Assembly (NCBI RefSeq): GCF_009914755.1
Contig: NC_060937.1
Direction: 5' to 3' (one strand)
Source of the DNA: the human T2T-CHM13v2.0 reference genome, Homo sapiens
Length of the DNA stretch: 64,000 nucleotides
Shown here: positions 41,367-57,100 of the stretch, piece by piece
Numbering within the stretch: position 1 is the stretch's first letter
How the letters are laid out: every line of letters begins with the position of its first letter
The notes under the pieces: model-generated
Database searches by the model: none
Seen by the model: only the letters and a program-made list of their open reading frames with translations
What the model was told of the DNA's origin: nothing
Translations under genes and position numbers: made by a program

Positions 41367-44300
41367 TCACAGTATAAAATGAACCACGCTCTTTCCATGC
41401 TATGCTATGGTACCCTCTCAGATGAGGAGAGCAGGCATGGCCAGCAGATCCACACAATGAGCAGAGTCAGCAGTGCACTCCATGCAAATGGCTCCTCAGC
41501 TATTGAGCACACTATGGGTGATCAAAGAAACAGAGGGTAAAGAATAAGAATAAGGAGGGATTTAGTGGAAGTCCTTTGACACTCCAAAGAGCATCACAAA
41601 TTTAATCCACCATAAGTTTCACTGCAGATTAGAAGAGTGCCCAACAACTAGAAATGGGAGCAAGAGCAAACCATGGAGATATAATATATATATGGTAGAA
41701 GAGATTACACACTTTTTTTCTTACTCTTATCTGTTTTTCCAGATTTCCTACGAATATCTATTACCAAATGTTCTACCATTTAATTATTTTATAATATAAA
41801 AAGTAAAAAATTCTACTATTCCACAAATTAAAAAAGAAAGAAAGAAATCTATGGCTCAAAGGGTTGAAACAAAGATGTTTGTCTTTTTTTGTTGCAACCC
41901 CTTTTCTTATGCTTGCTCCTAAATTGCCATTTCCTATTGAATTGTATTATTAAGTTATTTCTATTTAATTTTTTTTTTTTTTTTGCCCTGCCTTTTGGTG
42001 CTGACCTACTGAATTTTAATGGGGGAAAAACAGACCTTTTCTGAAGAAAACGACATACAAAATGAATACACAGAACCATGTAGGTAAATATCTCACTAGA
42101 TAAGTATTACAAGAAGGGTTTCATAAAATTAGAGTTCTTGCTGATAGCCCATTACAAAAGTCAGGGTAATTATATGCTTTTTCCGGGTCCAGTCTCTGCA
42201 ACAAAGAACCAATTACTCTTTAACCCCCTTACCCTTCCAAATATTTCACTACGTAAGCTTGAAGACTACTAACCAAAATTAAACAACGAAGAAGTTGAAG
42301 CAGTATATAAAGAATGTAACTATTCCTTTCTCTAGGTTTAATAGAGAGATGAATGGCAGACAGGCTGACAGACAGGTGGACAGAGATAGATAATGCAAGC
42401 AACAGGCTTTTCCCTTTAAAACTGAAACCAGGGTTTCTACAAAATCATTCAACTGCATTAAAACAAAACAATTCCACTGAGTTTCTATTGAAAAATCATC
42501 TCATTATGAGTCCAAGAATATGACTGTGGCCATTTACTCTTAGAACCTATCTCTTCATTGGCCAACTATGTGGCATAAACTAAAATGATCTTTAAAGTCC
42601 TTTTCCGCAAGAAGAAAGAAAACAATTATGATTCTATCAAAACTTTAACTTTTCATATAACCCTAGTACAGTAAAGAGTAAGACAGCTTTTAGATCAAAG
42701 AAGTCTGGTTTCCAATCATAGGTAACCATATTATCTTGTCCAAATTGTATATTACCTCTGAAACTTTCTGAGCTCCAGTCCTTAAATGAAAAATATCGAC
42801 CTTACAGGGTTACTATGACAATTAACTACTGAATGAAACTTAAAGTTCCTAGCTCAGAGATAAGCCACAGAGCAGTCACGCAAATGGCAGTTATTACAAT
42901 GATTAATATTGGCAGTTGCACAATTCTGTCCACTTATATTTCACCACAGAAAGAAAAGCAATGTAACACTGAAAATATTAAAACTTTCTATGGCAATACT
43001 CATAAATTACTGAAAACAATTTACCTTTTTTTCCCCTCTAGATCTAACATCATATTCTAATTGAACTCAAGGAAAAGACCACCTCTCCCACACCCCTTTT
43101 CAGAAAAACAAAATGGATGCACCTGACAATCCTCAAAATGAAAGCTATTCTAAGAGTGTCCACTACAAATATTAAAACTGTAAAGGGACAATCTGCAGAC
43201 TTGATGAACACTGTAAAATGCACAAAGACATTTCCAATTAGCAAACAGATGTGTTAAACAAATAATTTTTAATTAAGCACAACTTGTACTACAAAATTCC
43301 CTAATAATCAAGCTTTTTAGCAGAATTAGTGTACCAAATATGTTTTATTTCATGGTTGTGCTATATTTGCTAGACCAAGGCCACCTAGTAAATATCCTAT
43401 TTTAAGTTATCATGAAGATGCCCAGATTAATTTTTATTGTGTTCAGCATTCCCTTGAAAAAGGATTAAGTAACAAGGTCATGATTTATAGCGAAAAAAAA
43501 AAAAAGAGAGAAAAGCTCAAAAAAAAAAAAGGCTCAGATAATCATTTTGTTCACAATTATATCCAACAAAGAAGACCTCTGTTTTCCTTAAGGTTACATT
43601 AATTAAGGTGGGATCAGCAAACGAAAGGTGATCAAGTTAAATTTCAAAAAAATTAGCAAAGTAAAACAAATTTTGCACTATTTTAAATCAAGGTACAGAA
43701 CAGTATGAGTTTTAAAATATCTATGTATTAATATACAGACAGACACATGAGTTTATACACACAAAATATGCCTGGAAGGATATACAAAAAAACTAACAGC
43801 AGTCAACTCCAGGCGAACCAGGTAGCTGGGGTGAAGAGCTCACCTCAGGCTTGTTTTTCATGAAGTATCCATCTGAACACATACACTTTCATGTGTATGG
43901 AAGTATATTTATGGCAGGAGCAAGGGAGCATGCACAAAAAGAAATAAAGCAGAAATGAGAAAGCAGTCAAGATTGGTTCTTATATACATGATTAAAAAGC
44001 AAAGTACAGAAACAAGATCTTCACATCAAAAATAAGAACAATTTTATGGAGCACTAAAAATGAAGTTGCATGCCCAAGACAATGCTTTTTCTTTACTGCT
44101 TCATTTCTGTTTCAAAAGTAAATAAGTAAAACACAAATCTAAATATTAATTATCACATTTATCTGCAAAGTTATTTCCTATCATAAAAATGGGAGAAATG
44201 TAAATTATTGCTACATTTAAGAATCTTTTTGCAAGACACATTGTTTACACATATTCTATTCAAGCTTATTGAAATGTCCAGTGTTATAATACATTTCTAA

Positions 44301-45891
44301 GAATCAATTTAACATTCAGCTGTAATCACACCAGCACAGAAATAGACAAATTTGTGTTTTCTTGTATTTACTTCCTCTACTGCTGCTTAAGGGAAATCTA
44401 CTATGGCATTCCTGGTTTCTAAAAACGCACCACAACGTCAACTGATGAGTCATGGGTCACACTCCAAGTTCTTATGTACCAAAGAAATCAGGGCACTAAA
44501 GTCTTACACACCAATTTTAAAGACTGCCTAATAAGCTCGGTTACAAACCAAGAGTTCTTTATAAGGTAACACAGATGACAGTTTTTAAACAAGGCGTGAA
44601 AAACTTCAAAATAAAACTGCAAATTCCACAAAGAGTGATAGAATTATTTACTCTTTTTCAGACTCCTAATAACTGGTAGGGTTTTGTTTTTCTTAATTGA
44701 GAACATACAAACATAAAGCACTGTTGAAATACTGACAGGTACAAACTCAAGTTTGTAAAAACTCAACAAACTCCTAGCTTCCTGAAAGTCCAAATTATCT
44801 GAGAAATAATTTTCTATATGCCTTGTTTTGACTCTTAATTATTTCCAGTTTTCACTATTTAACCATTTCACTGACTGGGAAACCTCCAGGAGAGGGTACA
44901 AAAGGGCAGGAAGCAAAGATGACACCATTTGATTCCTTTGGGCATTATTAGTTAAATTTCCGTGGTGAAGAGACAAATAGCTAAAATGAAACCTGGAGAT
45001 CAGCTGTAGATTCTAGTAACCAGCATAACAGACCATTGAGATTTAATCACATCATCTAATTTTCCTCCTAGCATCCATCATTATCCTCTCCATTAATTGC
45101 TTACCTATTTGCTGTTGTTTCTCTTCCTGCCCCACAGCATGTAAACTCCATGAGAACAGAGATCCACCTGTCTTGCTCATTGCTATAGTCTCACCATGTA
45201 GAACAGTGCCAGGCACATAACAGGCATTCAATAAACACCCAGTGGGAAAAGAAGACATATATGTATTCAGTTATCTTAGGACCTGCAGTCATGAAAAGGC
45301 TAAAATTTATGTTTGCTTGAAACTATTCTTTACTCGTAACTGCTAATAAATTTTTATTTTGCCTTGTCACAACTCTATGCTTTTGTCATCTAAATATGTT
45401 ATCAAAATAGAGTAATCATACTGAAATTATAATCTAGACTAGATTTCTGAGAACAAGAACTTCTATAATTCACTTTTCTATCCCAAATATCTAGAATGGT
45501 ACACAGCACAGAATAGGCATTCAAATATTTGTTGGAAAATATTATTTTAAAAGAATTATAACTGGTGGGATTAGTAATGTTTATTCTCTTTGCATAGTTT
45601 ATGATTTCCTGCATTTTCTACATTAAGCATGTATTAATTTTAAAAATATACACTGCGATTTTAAAAAAGAAAATCAACATGTATCCCTTATATCTTCATG
45701 TAGTTTATAATGTATACAATAAGGTAAATCAAACAGATGTGCTGCTTAATCCCCAAGAGTAACCAAACAGAAAAACATTCTTTAAAATTGAGATATTGCT
45801 AAATTTTAAATTAAATTTAAAATATTACTTTTAAGAATATTAAGCTTTATTGTCCAGAAAGATATCCTTCCATAAATCCTAGTGTACTTAG

Positions 45892-46215
<324 letters not shown>

Positions 46216-46261
46216 TAACAGAATCATTTTCTTTTCAAAAGGTTCAAATAACCAACAGTGA

Positions 46262-46567
<306 letters not shown>

Positions 46568-47574
46568 CCAGAGTGATTCTTTTTGAAGACAAAGAAAGTT
46601 ATATTATAAACAAACAACTTAAGAACTACATAATGGTTTGCTTTCCTCCAGCACCAACTTTCAGGTGAACCCAAACTGTAGAAAGAGAAAATATAGTCAC
46701 TATCACATTTAGAAAGACTAAAATCATGCAGAGCAACTGTGTTACAGGTAATCATTTTATAGGAAAAAAGTTAATACAACATAAATTAGTTGAAAGTTGA
46801 CTGATGTTTAATAACAGTACTCAAGATTTTACCATCCTTCTACATTCTGCAAAAGGGATTCATTAAAAGTTTTTAATCCTTTCAAAAAATAGGTACTATA
46901 CCATTGAAAAAAATCCAGACTCTCAAAATAAATCCTGAATGGTTTCTTAATGTTATCATACTCCATTAAAAACAGAAAAGAAATTCAAATGTGCTAATAA
47001 ATGTACTACATATACCGGAAAAAGAATAGGTCAGTGTCCCAAAATAGAATTATGTCTATTTTTAGCAAAATCTAAAATTAGTCTATTGAAGTATCAATTA
47101 ATACATCTCATCTATAATAAAAGCACAAAGCCTAAAACTGAGAAATCCATGAGATTAATAAATATTTCATGTGGGAACTAATTGCTATGGACACTTGAAA
47201 TCTATTAAATAGCCTTCGCATAGTGGTCTTAAAAGGTCATGCACTGCTACTACTGATCAAATGCTTGACATATTTAGTAGCAGAGGCACAGGATACAACC
47301 ACATGCACTGTGATACCTGGCCTCTCCCTACCAATTTTATATTTCAGCTTCAGCTAAACCCAGACTATCGACTGTTTCCAAATTGGTATCTTGCAACTAT
47401 AAGAAATAAAAACAACAGAGAAATTCACACTAAAATATACTATGAAGCAGCTGAAAACTGTATTCTAGCCCAATAAGCGACATCAATTCTCCCAATTTAA
47501 AACTATTCCATGTATTTCAGACCTTTCCCTCTCTTTGCTATAAGCAGGGTCTCAGCAATATGCTCAAAATATTT

Positions 47575-48715
47575 TGTTTGGACCCTTATCTTACACCATA
47601 TTCAAAAATTGCCTCAAAATGGACTAAAAACCTAAATGTAAAACTTGAAACTATAAAACTCCTAGAAGAAAACATATTGGAAACACTTCATGACACTGGA
47701 TTTGGCAAGGATTTCTTGGATATGACACTAAAAGCACAGGCAAAAATAGACAAATGGGACTACATTAAAATTAAAAACTTTTGCACATCAAAGGACACAT
47801 CAACAGAATGAAAAGGAGAAAATATTTGCAAATCGTATCTGATAAGAGGTTAATATCCAGAATATGTGAGGTACTCCTACATCTCAACAATAAGAACAAA
47901 AAAAACAGGCCAAGGATGTGAACAGACATTTCTCCAAAAATGATACAGAAATGGCCAACAAGCATATAAGAAGTTCAGCATCACTAATCCCAGGAAAATG
48001 CAAATCAAAACCACGAGATATCACCTCATACCCATTAATATGGCTACTATTAAAACAGAAAAGAACAAGTGTTGGTGAGAACATAGAGCATGTAGAGAAA
48101 CTGGAATCCTTCTGCACTGACAGTGAGATTGTAAAACAAGTGCAACCGCAATGAAAAACCGTATGGAGGTTCCTCAAAAAGTTCGACTACCATATGATCT
48201 AATAATCCCACTTCTGGGTATACATCCAAAAGAATTCAAAGCAGGGTCTCAAAGAGACATCTGTACACTCATGCTTATGGCAGCACTATGAGCAATAGCC
48301 AAGAGGTAGAAGGAACCCAAATGTCTACCGACAGATAAACAAAATGTGGTATATGTATACAATGGAATATTATTCAGCTTTACAAAGGAAGGAAATTCTG
48401 TCACATGCTACAACATGGATGAACCTTGAGGTCATCATCCTAAGTGAAATAAGCAAGTCACACAAAAAAAGACATATATTGTATGATTTCATTTACATGC
48501 GGTATCTAAAGTACTCAAATTCTAAAAAGTAGAAGAGTGGTTACCAGGGACTGGGGAGAGGAGGAAATGGGAAGTTGTTTAATGGGTACAGAGCTTCAGT
48601 TTCATAAGATGAAAAAGTTTTGGAGATCTGTTGCACTGTAATGTGAATATATTTAAACGTGTACACTTAAAAATGGTTACGATAGTAAATTTTATGTGGT
48701 TGCCACAATAAAAAG
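47575..48715 (+). mobile_element. 5'-truncated L1 (L1MA/MB-like): ORF2 C-terminus and 3' UTR
   Basis: ORF 47560-47811 LDPYLTPYSKIASKWTKNLNVKLETIKLLEENI...DKWDYIKIKNFCT is L1 ORF2p-like; ends CCACAATAAAAA. Confidence 0.9.
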
Positions 48716-49723
48716 CTGAAGCAATGTAAAATATTATTCTGTTAAATATTCATAATTTTGGTAGAATTTATTTTACTTCAACCACTGAAAATTCAGCATC
48801 CAAACTGAGATATACTGTCTAAGTGCAAACCATTTCACTAGATTTCAGTACTTAATATGGGAAAAAAGAATGTCAAATCACATTTACAATTTCATATTGA
48901 TGACATATATTTTGAACACACTGCTTTAAAATATGGAATTTAAAAAATGTTATGCTTTAAGAACAATAATTAGAGAAGAATGTGGGGTCAATGGAACTGT
49001 GTTTGTTTTACAAGGTTAAAGATTGGAGCATATTTATAGGCTGGTGTGAAAAAGAAAGCAGGGAGAAAGAGATTAAACATAGAAAAGAAGGGAGTTAATT
49101 GATAAAGCCGCTCCTGAAGGAGACTTGAAGAGATAACAGGCACATTTGGAAAAACAGATCTGAGACTTAAGTAGGTAAAGTTCGGAAAGGGAGAGACAGA
49201 AAAGTCCTAGAGAAATCACAGCAGATCATCTCATTTCCTCCATGAAATAACCAGATTATCTGCAGACTATATAGAAGAGGTGGAGTTGGATAAAAGGGTT
49301 TGTAATGATGAAGTTTTGGACTAAATCATGAGTGATGAAGAACAAAACCCTCATTGGGGCTAACAAGACCCATATGATCAGGCCATGGCCTACCTCCCTG
49401 GCCTCAGCCCCTGCCATGGTCCCAGCTCTCTCTCATCCACCTCCTCCCCCTCCCTCAAAGTGCCATCCACCTCTGACTGCCTCCTCTGAGGGTTTACCTG
49501 TGTAACACCTACTCAGCCAGATATCTGTTTAAGGACAACTTCTTCAGGAAGTCTTCAGTGATACCCCACTTTGCAGAGACTAGGGCAGTTTCCCTTCTCA
49601 TAACCCAAACACCCTATGCCAGCATCATCCAACAGAAAGATCACTTGAGCCACATGTGTCATTTCAAACGTACCAGTAGCTATGTTTAAAAAACGAAAAG
49701 AAACAAGTGAATGAATTATTATC

Positions 49724-49985
<262 letters not shown>

Positions 49986-50602
49986 GAATTATTTTTAATA
50001 TTTTATTTAACCCAATATATGCAGAATATTATCTTGAATCGCCTCTAGATTGTAAACTCCATGAGGATACCACAGCATCCTTGGCTCAGTGTCAGAGCAC
50101 TCAGTAGGAGCTAAACAAACGTTTACAAATTGACTGAAGGGTATGGGGGTAGGGGGTTGAGGGACATTTCCCTGCATTGAGGACCAGCCATTTAATTGGT
50201 GATACCAAAGCAATGTGGAGACAGAAGCAGAGTTAATCTGAACAGGGGCGTTATCTGGCAGGTACAACACAAAAGACAAGTCCAAGGGAGGCAAAGGTGC
50301 CAGTGGGAAGCATATTCCAGGTGTTTAACCATGGGCTTCCAAACTGGATAGAGACGCTCTGCAAGGCCAAAAGGTGTCCCTGCAGCAGGGAGGGGAGGGT
50401 GAGGTGGAACAGAAGGACTGGCACACTGTTGCTGTGAGGGGGAGGGGGCACTCTAATAGAAAGTGTGGGTATTGAGAGAGCTGCAAAGATAGGAGAAGAG
50501 ACGGAGGTCCAACTACAGGATATGTAAGTTTTAAGATTTCTAACATGGAAAATTTAGGGAAACGACAAGATGCCAAATGAATGTTAAGACACAGTGGAAG
50601 CA

Positions 50603-50924
<322 letters not shown>

Positions 50925-51092
50925 TCACCCGGCTGCAAATGATTAACTACTCGAATGAATGTCTTTTAAGATTTTAAATACTACAAGGGCAGAGACAATC
51001 TTTTGTGTGCCACCCAAGCCCAGCACTTCTTAGGTACTTGTTAAATACAACTAAACTGAAGTCAAAGTTCAAATGTTAAAAATCAGATAGAA

Positions 51093-51795
51093 GTAAAACT
51101 GCCTTTGCAAAAATTATATCAGTGAAAACATAGCAGTGGGGAGATTTTAGCCAATTCTCTTCTTGCCTTTAGCTTTCAAGCTGCCCTTAATTATTCCTGG
51201 GCTTAAACCAAGCTAATTTTGGGAGAAATTTAGTTTATAGTTTAAATGGTAACAGCTCTTCCCCAAAATTCAACCACCTTTGTAAAGCTAATGAGGGACC
51301 ACGAAGCTAGGCAACAGAGGAACCTGAATTCAGCTAAGGTATAGACATAAACAATTGCCAGCCACTATTCCAGAGGTCACAGGATATGCAACTTGCCCAA
51401 TTACTCCCTCAGATAACATCACTACTGGAGAAACTAAGATTGGCCTTTTGAGATATCTGTTCAGGTTTTTTGGTTGGACCCACTGACCACTCCTGTGGCC
51501 TCACCCAGAAGCCACTCAGAGCATAGGAGTACCATTTCCCACACCCCCATGATTGTGCCCCCAACCAATCAGCAGCAAGCACCCATTGCCTAGCCACTCC
51601 CACCCCTTCCCCCAGACTACCTTTGAAAATAGCCCCCAAATGCTCAGGTAGGCTGATCTGGGTAATAATAAAATTCCAGTCTTCTGTTCCGCAAGATCTA
51701 TGTGTGTAAAAACTCTTTCTCTATTGCAATTCCCTGCCTTGATAAATTGGCTCTATCTGGGCAGTAGGCAGGAAGAACCCATTGGGCAGCTAAAG
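51093..51795 (+). mobile_element. LTR8-like (ERV1) solo LTR
   Basis: AAACTGCCTTTGCAAAAATTAT start; AATAAA near 51667; GGCAGGAAGAACCCATTGGGCAGCTA end. Confidence 0.75.
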
Positions 51796-52019
51796 AAGAA
51801 AAAGTCACAAAACTGAAATAAGATTTAAGTAAAGGTCTCCAATTTATGGGTTCAGTAATTATTTATTGGTCTAAATGATAAGGGTTCTCATAAACGATTA
51901 AGTCTTTAAGATTAGTAGCCGAAATCCCAACGGGGAAGGGGGTGGCAGGTATAAATATTTCCCAGACTTACCTTACTTTTATCTATAAAACAAAGTGATA
52001 GACAACAGAGCCTTGGAAA

Positions 52020-52855
52020 CTGAGAGGAAATAAAAACACACTCAGGAGTGTTTTTTTCTATTCTCTTATTCAACACAACAGTCATCAACACAGAATACTT
52101 CTATGTCCAAATGTGGGCTCCCCCCGACACCCCAGTACACAAAGCAGTGGACACCAGCTGAGTGTCCTCTAGTTCAATTCAATTCTGACCTGGAGATAAC
52201 CCCAGATCCCAAAGCTGAGGGCTCAGTCTCCAAGACCGCTCCCCTCTCCACCAGACACCAGTCGCAAGTGCAGGCCTCAGAAAATTCTAACTGACTGGCC
52301 TCAATTTGGGGTTCCCATAACCCCTCTTTGGGTTCAATTAACTTGCTAGAGCAGCTCACAGAACTCAGGGATACACTTACTTAGGTTTACCAGTTTATTA
52401 TAAAAGATATTACAAAGGATATAGATGAAGAGATGCACAGGGCGAGGTACGGGGAAGGGGTGCGGAGCGTCCATGCCCTCTCTGGGGCGTGTTACCCTCC
52501 AGGAACCTCCATGTGATCAGCTGTCCAGAAGCTCTCTGAACCCTGTCCTCTTGGGCCTTTTATGAAGACTTCATAACATAGGTATGGTTGGTTAAATCAT
52601 TGGCCATTGGTGATCAGCTTACCCTTCAGCTCCTCTGCCCTCCCTGGAGGGTGGTGGTGGGGCTGACAGTCCTAACCCTCTAATCCAGCCTTTCCAGTGC
52701 CCAGGGCCCATCCTGAAGCTACCTAGGGGCTGCCAGCTGTTCAGTCAACTCATCAGCATACAAAGACACTTAGCGCTTTGCAGATTCCAAGGAATTTGAG
52801 AGTTGTATGCCAGGAAACAGGGATAAAGACCATATATATATTTCACAACATCACA
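52020..52855 (-). mobile_element. MER21-like solo LTR
   Basis: Right end reads TGTGATGTTGTGAAATATATATATGGTCTT on the minus strand, matching the MER21 5' terminus. Confidence 0.78.
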
Positions 52856-53050
52856 GAAGCTTAATCATAAGCCATCAATGTTGCAGTTCTTCTATATTCC
52901 TATAAGAACAGGGAACAGTTCAAGCTTCCTCACTGGATCAATTCTCTTTTGCTTTCCCTCTGACCAATGACTGTTTCAAAGATTTGGAGAAGTCTGTGAG
53001 CCAAGCCAGATCAAAGCCAATTTGGATCCAATTTGTTCATTAATGCATGC

Positions 53051-53693
53051 TGTCAACAAAAAGAGTCAAACTCTGCAACATATTTGAAGAGATTTATCGT
53101 GAGCCAAATCTGAGTGACCATGGCCCATGACACAGCCTTCAGGAGGTCCTAAGAACATGTGCCCAAGATGGTAGGGGTGCAGCTTGGTTTTATACATTTT
53201 AGGGAGGCATGAGACATCAATCAAAAAATTTTAAGAAATACATTGGTTTGGTCCAGAAAGGTGGGACAATTGCAGGGGGTCGGGGGTGGGGTGGGGGGTT
53301 GGGGGGGGGTAGCAGGGAGTGCCATTCCAAGCCATAGGTAAATTTAAACATTTTCTGGTTGACAGTCGGTTGAGTTTGTCTAAAGCCCTGGGATCAACAG
53401 AAAGGAATGTCTGGGTTAAGACAAAGGATTGTGGAGACCCAAGTTCTTACTTTCAGAGGAAGCCTTCAGGTAGTAGGCTTCGATAGGTAGTAGTAAAACG
53501 TTTCTTATCGGACTTAAAGTCTATGTTAATGTTAATGTCAGAGAGGTATAACAAGTCATGTCCGACCTCCACTTCCCACTCATGGCCTGAAACTGTCTCT
53601 CAGGTTAAATTTTAAAAGACCCCTGGATGAGGAGGAAGTCCATTCAGATGGCTGGGGAGAGGGGGAAGCTTAGAATTTTATTTTTGGTTTACA
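53051..53693 (-). mobile_element. MER4A-like (ERV1) solo LTR
   Basis: Minus strand starts TGTAAACCAAAAATAAAATTCTAAGC and ends GACTCTTTTTGTTGACA; TG...CA termini. Confidence 0.85.
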
Positions 53694-53876
53694 ATACATT
53701 AATATTTGTTTAAGTACTTAGGGATTCTGCAGTTAGCAAAATAGATAGGATCCCAGCTCTAGGAAGCACACATTCTAAAGGATAGAACCTACAACACCTG
53801 CTTCTTTAAAAGCATACTAACTAGAGGACAATTTATTATTGTAATGTCATGAGCACTTGCTTGTTAAAAAATTCCT

Positions 53877-54161
53877 TTTTTGAGATGGAGTCTAGCTCTA
53901 TCACCCAGGCTGGAGCGCAGTGGCGCAATCTCAGCTCACTGAAACCTCTAGCTCCCGGGTTCAAGCGATTTCTCCTGCCTCAGCCTCCTGAGTAGCTGGG
54001 ATTACAGGCACCTGCCACCACGCCCAGCTAATTTTCGTATTTTTAGTAGAGACAGGGTTTCACTGTGTTGGCCAGGCTGGTCTTGAACTCCTGACCTCGT
54101 GATCGCCCGCCTCAGCCTCCCAAAGTGCTAGAATTATAAGCGTGAGTCACTGCACCTGGCC
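53877..54161 (-). mobile_element. AluS-like element
   Basis: Antisense dimer; TSD AAAAAATTCCT on both sides. Confidence 0.95.
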
Positions 54162-57100
54162 AAAAAATTCCTCTTAATAACTTCTTAGAAGGCTAATACA
54201 CAAAATAGCCACCTTTTCTGAATCCAACCAAACAAAATAACTTATTAACCACAGATTTTCCTACTGCTTTGTATTTTCTGAGGAAAAGAAACAGGTGCCA
54301 GGAAAGCTAAAAGGGATGTCTTTTGTAAGACTCTCAGGCCCTCCTACAGGGTCAATTTAGGTAGGCCTGCCCCAGTCTTCTAATTCTACATGCAAGATAC
54401 ATATGTATTACTTTTTCAAACAACACTGCTTCCTAAATAGAGGAGAACCTATGAAATGAGACCTGTGATTCTTTTTTAAAAACCTAGATGCATTTGGATA
54501 GAGGAAGGTGGGCCTGTGAACTCTAGCCCTGTAAGCAGGAAGGAAAGTTAAATAGTTCCTCATAATACAATTTAAAGATATCGGGTGGCAATTGTAAAGG
54601 AAAGAAAGAAGAGGGGAAGAAGGCCAAAGAGCCAACCAGATTACAAGAGCCTGGAGTCCTCCTTTCTTTGATGGTGGCCAAAATATATTTTAAGGATAGA
54701 AATGCCTAATATTCAATGTCAACACTTCTGATATCGCTCCACTGTGAACCCCTTCACCCTCCCCTTCCTCTAAATCTCTCATAAAGCTTACCATACTCAT
54801 AAAGCCTTTCTGTGAACTCTTTTTCTTTTCTATTCTTTCCTAGCTCCTGTGAGACACAACTATCCAACAACTGCATCATGGATCTCTCAACCATCCATTT
54901 AGCACCTCCTTAGATTAGTCCAAAACTGAACTTATCTTCCCTTCTACACCTCTACCATCAATTGTTTTTAACTGCTCCTTCTCATATCCTCCAACATTCC
55001 ACTAGCTCATTAATGTCATCATCTAAAGGAACAACTAATATTTACTGAGCACTTGGAATGTGCTAGGTACCCTGCCAAAGGCATTACATGCATAATTCCT
55101 CAAACCCTACTCAACCGGTACGACAATCATTTCCCAAATGTTAGGAAATCAAAGTTCTGTCAGGATAGTTATTCTAAGGGTAAGTAATAGAATTAGAATT
55201 TGACCCGTTTTAATTTCACAGCCAGCTTACCCAGTACATGTCAATCAATGCCTGAAGTCAAACAACCCAGGATTCATCCTTCCCTCCTTAAGCCTACCCA
55301 GTCACTTACCTAGTCCAGCCTCCTAGTCATACCTCTTAAACACCACGTCATTTCTCCTTCCACTGCCAGCACACTAGCATTTACTAAGTCCTTACTATCT
55401 GGCAATCACTATTCTAAGTAATAGACATGTTTTTTCAAGTTCTATCCCCCAAACTCTGAGATGACAAACCTAAGGAACAAAGAGGTTTCAGTGTATGACA
55501 GAGCCTGATTCCACCCCAGGTAATCTGAATAGAGAATCCCTGAGCACTTAACCCCTCCATTAGAACAGCCTCCAACTTAGTCTCCATATCGCCCATCTGG
55601 AAGCCCACCATCCTCCAGACGCTGCAGATATCTTTCTGGAATGCTTACCCGTTATCATGACATTCTCCTGCTTAAAATTAGCAGCTCAGTATCACTGACT
55701 GGATAAAGTCCAAATTTCTTAATCTGGTATAAAAAATCCTTCATTTTTCTGTTCAAGTCAATTCAGTAAATATTTTAGTGCCCAATGTAAGCAAGAAAAG
55801 GTGCCAAGTGTTCTGAAATGAATAATACATGTCCCTGACTACTACCTCCACCTCGGACACTGGGTCCTTCGGCCAGACAAGCCCATATGCAAAGCTCGTA
55901 ATACAACAGCCCAAAGACACATACATTTATTTTTAAGTGGCCTGCGTGCTACGTGCCTACAATGTACGAAATCCCAAACCAATCTGAAGACTAAGTGCCT
56001 ACGTAACACCTATTCTTACAGGTCTCCAGGCAGAAATGCTCCCTAAGTTCAAATTACTTCAGGGTAACTAGTGGGATAAAGGCATGGATCAGTTTCCAAA
56101 TGAGAAAACTGGGCAAGAAGCAACCCCCGCCATCAATGGCTGGCATGCAGTAGGTACTTTATCAGTGGCTAAATGAATAAATAATGAAAAAATTTCAAAG
56201 TTGATGAGAGAAACAAGATATATGGAGAATGTAACACACAAGTGGGCCGAATTAAAAGTGATGTTATTCTACTTTGGTTCTCATTTGGCCTACTTTTACC
56301 CCATGGGAAAACTCACATGTGGGACTCGGACAAGCTAAAAAGCCAAAACTTTGTTATTCATGGCTCAACAAAGCTTTGACAAGCCAAAAAGGATACCAGA
56401 TTCCCGCTTCCTTCTTTACCTGCCAAAGTCCATTTTCTAAAGAGGTGTGGGGGTGGGAATCAAATCTAGCAAAGTAAATAAAATTGATCTACTGAGATCC
56501 AACTTCATTAGTGCTGCATCGAAGTACATGCAAAAGAAATATCAAAACCTGTCCTGGGAAGAAGGCCAATTTACAAGTAAGTACTATTGCCGCAAGAATG
56601 TGAAATTCTTAAAGGCAGTTCCAATAAGCTGGAGCTCACAAGTGTTCCTCCTCCTGCACCGCCACCGCTTTTCACTCAACTTTGTTTCTGATTTCTGTGA
56701 TTTTAAAAAGCATAATATACACAGCAAAGCCCATGCATAAGTGTACTTTAGCTCCTGGTACAAACGAACGTCTGGATTCATAAACTTAACGTAAACTGAA
56801 ATACTAAAAGAAACACTACATGAGTCAAAAGTCCTTGTTTAAAACGTGGCATACAGCTTTGAAAAGCGAGTGATGTATTTCCTGAATGATGCTTTGTGTG
56901 CAACTGCTTCCAAATCAAGATTCATATTTTTAAATTACCCCCTGGAAGATGTCAAATCTCTCTCCCACCCTCTCCAGCCTAAAGAGAAAGGTGAGAATTC
57001 ACAGGCAACAGGCTGGGGCGGAGGGAATGATCTCTCCCCATCCCTTTCCAGAGAACAAAACCCGATAAAGGCAGCTAGTGCCACTCTCATTGCCGACACC

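Noticed and set aside
47560-48532. Several ORFs resembling L1 ORF2p C-terminus
   Set aside because: Frameshifted pieces of a truncated, inactive L1
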